Of a DNA stretch of 64,000 bases, positions 58,088 through 64,000 are shown piece by piece. The translations under genes were made by a program, and so were the position numbers. The stretch spans positions 9,217-73,216 of the forward strand of contig JBAXXI010000001.1 in NCBI GenBank assembly GCA_037127955.1. The letters are read 5' to 3'. The number at the start of each line of letters is the position of its first letter. Position 1 is the first letter of the stretch. This DNA comes from Candidatus Berkelbacteria bacterium. Its GTDB lineage: Bacteria; Patescibacteriota; UBA1384; UBA12157. The notes below the pieces were generated by a model. That model ran no database searches and was not told the origin of the DNA. It was given only the letters and a program-made list of their open reading frames with translations.

Positions 58088-59341
58088 TTATTTTTTGACC
58101 ACACTGCTTTTAAAACTGTCGGCAATTTTTTGCGCTGTATCCAATTCGGCTTTAATTTTGCCTGAATAAGTACCTTTGATGATTTTATCAGATATCTCCT
58201 GGTAAGGCTCGCGAGTCGAGCAAACATCCTGATTAACCGAGGCCTGAAAATGCAAATAATCTAAAATTGACTGATCGCGATCAATTTCACTAGTCTCCAA
58301 ATTAATAATTAAGTTCGGGTAAATCGCATTGTTAGTCGGAACATAAATATTAATTTCAAAATCTGGGTAACAGGCATGATCAGCATGCGTAACAACTAAA
58401 AGCGCGTTATTGCCCAGCTTTTCATAACCAGTCACCCAGTCTTTCGGCTTCATGTTTGCCAAAAAATCTTCTTTAGCCCAAGCTAAATTCACTTTTTGAC
58501 CAACTGGCAAAGCTAGTACGCCATTGGCAAAATCGGCCGAATAAATATTAAAACCAAAAACATTGTCCGGATCGAAAAATACGGGCTGAGAACTGTCACT
58601 TCTGTACAAACTCGAAAAAGCAGAGCCTTTATTAATGGCATTTTTTTCAATTGGCGTTAAAACAATATCTTGCCATGAGCCAGGATAAGTAAATTCAAAA
58701 CCTAATTCTTTATTAATAAAAGTTTTTTGCTTAACCGGCAAAACTGAAGCTACAACAACAGGATTAATTTTAAAAGTTCCAAGCATGGCATTAAATTTAT
58801 CGGTTTTTAAATTAATATTTTGCTTTAAATGGTAAACTTTACCATCTTTCAAAATAAAACGTTCTTCAAGTCCACAATCAGAGCTAGCGCAACTAGTTTT
58901 AATCTTATAAGCCTTGTCGGAGCCAATCATGATTTCAGTTTTTTGATATTGAGTGTTTGGATAAAAAGCTTTAACAACATCGTCAATTGACCCAGTCCCA
59001 AAACCATCTTTTACCTCAATGGTCAAAGCGGCAATATGAACATTTTGATCATTTTGCGGTTGAATATAAACCTTGGCTGGATCACTATCGAGCACAAACC
59101 AATTATTCATATATTTAAGACTGTAATTATATTTTTGATTATTATAAATCTGCCAATCAGCTACATTATTTTCGTTCGGCACATTTACGATCATTCCAAC
59201 CGAATCAGCCTTAACTCGATTCTGTCGTAAAGATACCACGGTTAAAAACACTATAAAAATAGCAACGATTAAAACTAAAGTCCAAATCAGCCACTTTCTT
59301 ACCGGTTTAGATTGTTCTGGACCAAAAAACCCCTCTTCCAA
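58088..59341 (-). CDS. Membrane-anchored protein with two PsbP-like repeats
   Basis: TM followed by YNNQKYNYSLKYMNNW and FINKELGFEFTYPGSW. Confidence 0.7.
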   Translation of the reverse strand: MEEGFFGPEQSKPVRKWLIWTLVLIVAIFIVFLTVVSLRQNRVKADSVGMIVNVPNENNVADWQIYNNQKYNYSLKYMNNWFVLDSDPAKVYIQPQNDQNVHIAALTIEVKDGFGTGSIDDVVKAFYPNTQYQKTEIMIGSDKAYKIKTSCASSDCGLEERFILKDGKVYHLKQNINLKTDKFNAMLGTFKINPVVVASVLPVKQKTFINKELGFEFTYPGSWQDIVLTPIEKNAINKGSAFSSLYRSDSSQPVFFDPDNVFGFNIYSADFANGVLALPVGQKVNLAWAKEDFLANMKPKDWVTGYEKLGNNALLVVTHADHACYPDFEINIYVPTNNAIYPNLIINLETSEIDRDQSILDYLHFQASVNQDVCSTREPYQEISDKIIKGTYSGKIKAELDTAQKIADSFKSSVVKK

Positions 59342-59352
59342 AATCCACTCCT

Positions 59353-60285
59353 TTAACGATATTTTTGTAAATTTGCTAAATGTTCGTCATAAGTCTTACT
59401 AAAAACTGATTGACCATCAGACTTATTAAAAAAATAAAAATAATTTGTTTTAGCCGGATTAATCACCGCTTTGATTGATTTTAATCCAGGATTAGAAATC
59501 GGAGTTGGCGGCAGCCCGGCATGTAAGTAAGTATTGTATGGCGATTGAAAATTTTTATAATCCACCTTTAAAATTGGCGCCCAATCACCTTTGCCATACT
59601 GAATAGTTGGATCGGAATCAAGTTTCATGCCAATCGACAAACGATTTAAATAAACACTAGCAATAGACGCTCGATCAGAATCTAATTTTGACTCTCGCTC
59701 AACAATAGATGCAATAATCAATGTCTGCTGATCGATTTTCAAACCTGATGTTTTCTTGGTAAAATTATCCAACATAATTTGTTCTATACCTTGAGCGGTC
59801 GAACCAACTGGCAATCTATAAGTATCTGGAAAAAGATAACCTTCCTTTGCACCAGCAACCTTTAGAAATTCGCCTTTTTTTAAAATATTTTTTTGAGCTA
59901 GCAATTCGTCTATTTGACTAGCACGCCAGCCTTCCGGAATCGTAATTAAATACTCTTCAACACGACCCGAATGAATCATAGTGGCAATTTGAGCAAGATT
60001 CATGTTTGCCTTAATACGATAAACACCATTTTGTAGATACCAGTGCCTCAAATAAACAAAACCCGAAAAAAATAAATCCGAACTAATCAATTTCTCTTTT
60101 TGCAAATTTTTAGCAATCTGCCTTGTACCGGTACCACTATCAACAATAAACAAGGTTTCACGTCCGGCTTTGTGCCAAAAAACAACATTCATGCACAATA
60201 AGATTAAGATTGTGCAAATCAAAACCACAACTATTGGCAATATCGTTTTTTTAGAAATTACAAATTTTAAAATTGGAATTTTCAT
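59353..60285 (-). CDS. mltG: Endolytic transglycosylase MltG
   Basis: TIPEG, EGYLFPDTY, ASIVERE, LDSDPT, SPYNTY..GLPPTPISNPG. Confidence 0.95.
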   Translation of the reverse strand: MKIPILKFVISKKTILPIVVVLICTILILLCMNVVFWHKAGRETLFIVDSGTGTRQIAKNLQKEKLISSDLFFSGFVYLRHWYLQNGVYRIKANMNLAQIATMIHSGRVEEYLITIPEGWRASQIDELLAQKNILKKGEFLKVAGAKEGYLFPDTYRLPVGSTAQGIEQIMLDNFTKKTSGLKIDQQTLIIASIVERESKLDSDRASIASVYLNRLSIGMKLDSDPTIQYGKGDWAPILKVDYKNFQSPYNTYLHAGLPPTPISNPGLKSIKAVINPAKTNYFYFFNKSDGQSVFSKTYDEHLANLQKYR

Positions 60286-60677
60286 TGTCCTAAATATTGC
60301 TCAAGGATTAATTTAGCGCTAATCCTATCAATCTCTCGTTTATATTTAACTGATTTGATATCAATTTTTAAGCCACTTAAAATTCGCTCTGATTCCTTGC
60401 TAGTCAAAGTTTCATCTACAAACTCGATTGGAATAGGCAATAATTTATTAATCTCTAAAGCAAAACTTCTCACCATATCCTCGGCTTCTCCAGACTTGCT
60501 TTTTGGCAATCCTAATACGATCATCTCGATTTGTTCCTCACGACAAATTTTCAAAATCCGCTGAATCGCCTCATCCCGACTCCAATATTCAATTGTATCT
60601 TGAGAAGCAACGGTTTTTCCATCCGAAAGCGCTACGCCAATCCTTCTTAAACCTAAATCTAAACTCAATATTCTCAT
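60282..60677 (-). CDS. ruvX: YqgF/RuvX family nuclease
   Basis: LSLDLGLRRIGVALSD, VLGLP, VDETLTS. Confidence 0.93.
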   Translation of the reverse strand: MRILSLDLGLRRIGVALSDGKTVASQDTIEYWSRDEAIQRILKICREEQIEMIVLGLPKSKSGEAEDMVRSFALEINKLLPIPIEFVDETLTSKESERILSGLKIDIKSVKYKREIDRISAKLILEQYLGQ

Positions 60678-60679
60678 AA

Positions 60680-62335
60680 TTATTCTGTCCCGACTCCTGT
60701 TGTATAATTAATTTTCACTTTTACATTATTTGATAAACTCGATACCTTTTTCCAAAAAGCTGGTCTGAAATTAAACGTGACCTTCTCAACTCCCGGCTGA
60801 CTTGAAACAAAATCAGACGCCGCAGACTCACTCTTACCGATAATACCATTTTTTATAACATCTTGTGAAATTTTTGGAGCGATTTTAGCGATTACATTAG
60901 TCGTTACATCCAACTCACCCTTATCATAAGACTGCTTATCAATCACTAAATTAATATCATCAGTCGAATTAATTGCTACCATTTTATCTACAGTAACCTG
61001 CTTTGAAAGTGTTTGAATCAAGAAATCAACAAATTTAGAATTATCATAAGCCATAACTTGCTTTTTTAATTTCACAGTTAATTCAAATTCAGTCGCTTCC
61101 TGATCAATACTTGAACTACTCGACACTTCTGGATCAGGAATGACTGCAGCCTTATCGATCAAAACTAAGCCCTTACTTTTAGTTTTTAAATCTTGATCAA
61201 GACTAGCCGTCAAACTATCTGTCACAGATTTCAAGGCATTATTATAATCATCTTTGGAAACGACTTGAACTTCTTTAGTAAAGCCACCTTTTAGATCATT
61301 AGCAGACTGACCATAAATCGCGGCTTGTTGATTAGCTGGCAAGCCAGCAATAACAAATTTACCAGCTTTAATATTATAATCTTCACCAGCATTTTCAGCT
61401 TCTACGTCGACAGTTGCGCTACCAGGCACAACTTGTAAATTTTGAACGGTCGCGCCAGGCAATAAAATGGCTGTTTTAGTTAAGAAAGTTTTATTTTGTG
61501 CCAATAACTTTGTCCCAGCCGGATACTTATGATTTAACGAATCCAAACCGTTATAAAGCATTATTGTACCAGTTGCTTTACCACCAAGATTTTTTTTGCC
61601 AGTTGCCGTAAATTTCTGAGTATCGCTCACCTCTGCCTCAACCAAAACACCACTAAAAACGCCCTGATCTATATCTGAAGTTTTAGCCGAAGTTGTAAAA
61701 ACTACAGGTAAAGATTTTTTTAAGTCGTCCGATTTAACAAAAACCTGAACATCAACAGCCGGCCAAAGCAAATAAGCACCAAATAAACCTAAAATGGCGA
61801 TTATGACCAAAATCGGCCAAATAACAGCTTTAGCCCGATGATCTATCTCGTGGATTGGATTTTTTATTACATTTTTTTCAGACTTTTTTTCTTGTTGTAT
61901 CACCGGTTTTTGACGAGATTTCCATTTTATGATCGGTCTATCTTCTTGAAAATGACGAACATTTAATTCACGGCGAGCACTGGGTCGTTCCGCCGATTCG
62001 CTAGCAGGCGAATGACTGTCGATTTCCAAAACTTCATCTTGATTTTTATCTGGCTTGACAGACTGCATTACTGGTCTTTCTTGCTTAACTGAATTATAAA
62101 CCGGTAAACCGACTTGAGCGGCCAAATTACTACCGATTTGATCTGTTGTCACAATCGCAATTTCTTTACCTAAAACCTCGGCTTCTTTGGCTAGCAACCT
62201 TAAATTGACCACACTTTGCAAAAGTGTCGCTCCTCGAGGTACCACTAAACCTAAATGCTTATTTTGAGCATTTTTCATCTTGTCTATAACCGAGGTTATC
62301 TCTTCGTCTGGTTCTAGATAAATAATTTCATCCAT
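60680..62335 (-). CDS. Bitopic membrane protein with cytoplasmic STAS-like N-domain and extracytoplasmic baseplate-J-like domain
   Basis: IYLEPDEEITSVIDKM...LLQSVVNLRLL N-domain, one TM, KATGTIMLYN...VEAENAGEDYNI...GG pattern of gp47/J-like domains. Confidence 0.7.
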   Translation of the reverse strand: MDEIIYLEPDEEITSVIDKMKNAQNKHLGLVVPRGATLLQSVVNLRLLAKEAEVLGKEIAIVTTDQIGSNLAAQVGLPVYNSVKQERPVMQSVKPDKNQDEVLEIDSHSPASESAERPSARRELNVRHFQEDRPIIKWKSRQKPVIQQEKKSEKNVIKNPIHEIDHRAKAVIWPILVIIAILGLFGAYLLWPAVDVQVFVKSDDLKKSLPVVFTTSAKTSDIDQGVFSGVLVEAEVSDTQKFTATGKKNLGGKATGTIMLYNGLDSLNHKYPAGTKLLAQNKTFLTKTAILLPGATVQNLQVVPGSATVDVEAENAGEDYNIKAGKFVIAGLPANQQAAIYGQSANDLKGGFTKEVQVVSKDDYNNALKSVTDSLTASLDQDLKTKSKGLVLIDKAAVIPDPEVSSSSSIDQEATEFELTVKLKKQVMAYDNSKFVDFLIQTLSKQVTVDKMVAINSTDDINLVIDKQSYDKGELDVTTNVIAKIAPKISQDVIKNGIIGKSESAASDFVSSQPGVEKVTFNFRPAFWKKVSSLSNNVKVKINYTTGVGTE

Positions 62336-62359
62336 TCGATTAATTCTCCAACTAACAAT

Positions 62360-63616
62360 TTATTCTCTTAAACTAGCCACAATTCGATTTAAAACTGAAT
62401 CCATGGCCCCTTCTTGACCGACTAAATCGATCGCCATATTAGCCAAACTCATTGGTGTAATATCCCAAAGATGAGTCAAATCACCAGTCTGATCAATAAT
62501 ATTTTCTACATCTTGAGGCTTGATAAAATGAACCGTGGGTCGTCTAGCAAAAGGTAAATTTTTATTCCATTCGGCTTTTTCTAAGGTTCGAGCTAGATCT
62601 GGCAAATTTGAGCCACCACCGCACATTAAAATTCTTGAAGGCAAAAGTTCAATATTAGAAAATTCTTCTAAAGTTAGCTCGACACCCGAAAGCCAAACCT
62701 GACAATCTGTCTCCAAGCCTTTTTTAATTAATTTCATATCGCTTTCATCAAGCACGCCGGCAGAATATTTTATCTTTAAATCTTCCGCCTCTTCAAAAGA
62801 AACACCCATAATCGTGCCGATCCTTTTTGTAAAAGACCGACCACCGAGCGCGAACATTTTAGTCCCCTCAACACCACCTTGACGAACTACAGCGATGTCG
62901 GTAGTACCACCACCAATATCAACAAAAATAGCTGAAAATTCTGTCGATTCCTTTGGACCAACAGATTTAGCCAAAGCGTAAGGATCAGCCACCACGCTCA
63001 ATAAATCTAAACCAAGCTCATCCGCAATTGTTTGCATAGCTCCAAGATGAACAATCGGCGCAAAAGCATTAAAAACACCGACTTGCATCTCCCTACCCTG
63101 AAAACCCAACGGATTAGTTACTTTATAACCGTCAATTTTAACATCCACGACAGCCGCATTAACCAATTTGACATCAATTTCAGCGTGACCAGTTTCCCAA
63201 GAAAGAATCTGACGTGCCCGGTCAAAAGCCCGTCGTTGAACCTTGCTAATAATATCTTTTAGTTCTTCAAGTGTAATATTTGTCTTTGGATTAGGTCTGG
63301 TATATTTAATAGTTGTGGTATTACCCTTGACCAACTCGCCGGCAATTCCCATGATCACTTGGGTTGGCATCACTCCAGCCTGTTCGGCTGCACGTTCAAG
63401 AGATTTCTTGCAATTTTGGACTACACCATGAATATCAGTCACTGAACCACCCTGCATATCAGATAATCGCTGACGCTGACGGCCAGTACCCATGACCAAA
63501 CCCTTACCATCTTCAACCTTAAAAATCAGAGATTTTGCGTACTCTGTTCCTATATCGAGTGCAATCGCATAATTATCATCTGTATTTTGATTAGAAAAAA
63601 AATCGAAAATGCCCAA
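62360..63616 (-). CDS. FtsA-like actin-fold ATPase (not in an ftsZ cluster)
   Basis: ALDIGT, VDIGGGTTD, CGGGSNL, SHS2-like insert; AGGAGG RBS before TTG at 63616. Confidence 0.85.
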   Translation of the reverse strand: MGIFDFFSNQNTDDNYAIALDIGTEYAKSLIFKVEDGKGLVMGTGRQRQRLSDMQGGSVTDIHGVVQNCKKSLERAAEQAGVMPTQVIMGIAGELVKGNTTTIKYTRPNPKTNITLEELKDIISKVQRRAFDRARQILSWETGHAEIDVKLVNAAVVDVKIDGYKVTNPLGFQGREMQVGVFNAFAPIVHLGAMQTIADELGLDLLSVVADPYALAKSVGPKESTEFSAIFVDIGGGTTDIAVVRQGGVEGTKMFALGGRSFTKRIGTIMGVSFEEAEDLKIKYSAGVLDESDMKLIKKGLETDCQVWLSGVELTLEEFSNIELLPSRILMCGGGSNLPDLARTLEKAEWNKNLPFARRPTVHFIKPQDVENIIDQTGDLTHLWDITPMSLANMAIDLVGQEGAMDSVLNRIVASLRE

Positions 63617-63700
63617 TTGTCTCCTCCTTGAAAAGTATAAATACACGAAAAATCGGAAATACTTCCCTTCTTTATTAGTATAACACGTTTCGCAAACAAC

Positions 63701-63726
63701 AAAAACCGACCATTTTGGTCGATTTT
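63701..63726 (-). terminator. Terminator after alaS
   Basis: aaaaaccgacca-tt-ttggtcgatttt hairpin with T run on the minus strand. Confidence 0.55.
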
Positions 63727-63748
63727 AATATTTACCTTGATTTTGAAT

Positions 63749-64000
63749 TTATTCGAGTATAGCCTTGATTCTACGAATACCAGATGAAGACGACTCTTCT
63801 TTCAAAATCTTAAAATGCCCTAAACCACCCGTATGTTCAACATGTGGACCGCCGCACATTTCAGTTGAAAAATCGCCAATTTTATAAACTTTCACTTCCT
63901 CGCCATATTTACTGGAAAATTCCCCCATAGCACCACAGGCTTGCGCATCTTCAAGTCTCATTTCGGTCATACTGACAGGCAAATCCTCTTGAATTTTTTG
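63749..64000 (-). CDS. alaS: Alanine--tRNA ligase, 3' end (editing/SAD domain; no C-Ala domain); runs off window end
   Basis: F..KYGEEVKVY, EMCGGPHV, ESSSSGIRRIKA then stop; alaS-ruvX-mltG synteny. A stand-alone AlaX cannot be excluded from this fragment. Confidence 0.8.
   Translation of the reverse strand, partial: QKIQEDLPVSMTEMRLEDAQACGAMGEFSSKYGEEVKVYKIGDFSTEMCGGPHVEHTGGLGHFKILKEESSSSGIRRIKAILE

Noticed and set aside
60680-62335. Prophage or contractile injection system
   Set aside because: No sheath, tube, spike, terminase or capsid genes; the protein has a TM anchor and sits among core genes.

Overview
AT-rich bacterial chromosome segment read with genetic code 11 (TGA is used as a stop). 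Gene content points to a Patescibacteria/CPR organism (inference): class I LysRS, AlaRS ending after the editing domain, half-size TsaB, a lamin-tail surface protein and a FtsA-like/baseplate-J-like gene pair. Bases 1-~9100 are a defence island: type I R-M (hsdS partial, hsdM, hsdR), a DUF262/DUF1524 GmrSD-like nuclease, a membrane-anchored PLD-family protein, small hypotheticals and an XRE regulator. The rest is mostly minus-strand housekeeping: DEAD-box helicase, a copper operon (csoR...copA-grx-FTR), typA, glgC, pyk, tRNAs, pyrB, tsaE/tsaB, ftsEX, polX, secA, hpf, serS, lysS, greA, mreBCD-mrdA, mltG, ruvX and alaS. The standout feature is non-coding. At 26718-26892 (-) a complete tRNA-Gly(CCC) gene is interrupted exactly between anticodon-loop positions 37 and 38 by a 101-nt insert. 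That insert is itself a second, diverged, fully paired tRNA-Gly(CCC), clamped by a perfect 12-bp extension of its acceptor stem: a tRNA nested inside a tRNA. It is neither a group I intron nor a canonical bulge-helix-bulge intron. Other notable signals are a 23-bp duplication of the tRNA-Asp 3' end, two tRNAs with C55, and a ~170-nt structured leader on the DEAD-box helicase gene. All calls were made by eye from motifs; no database searches or folding programs were run.
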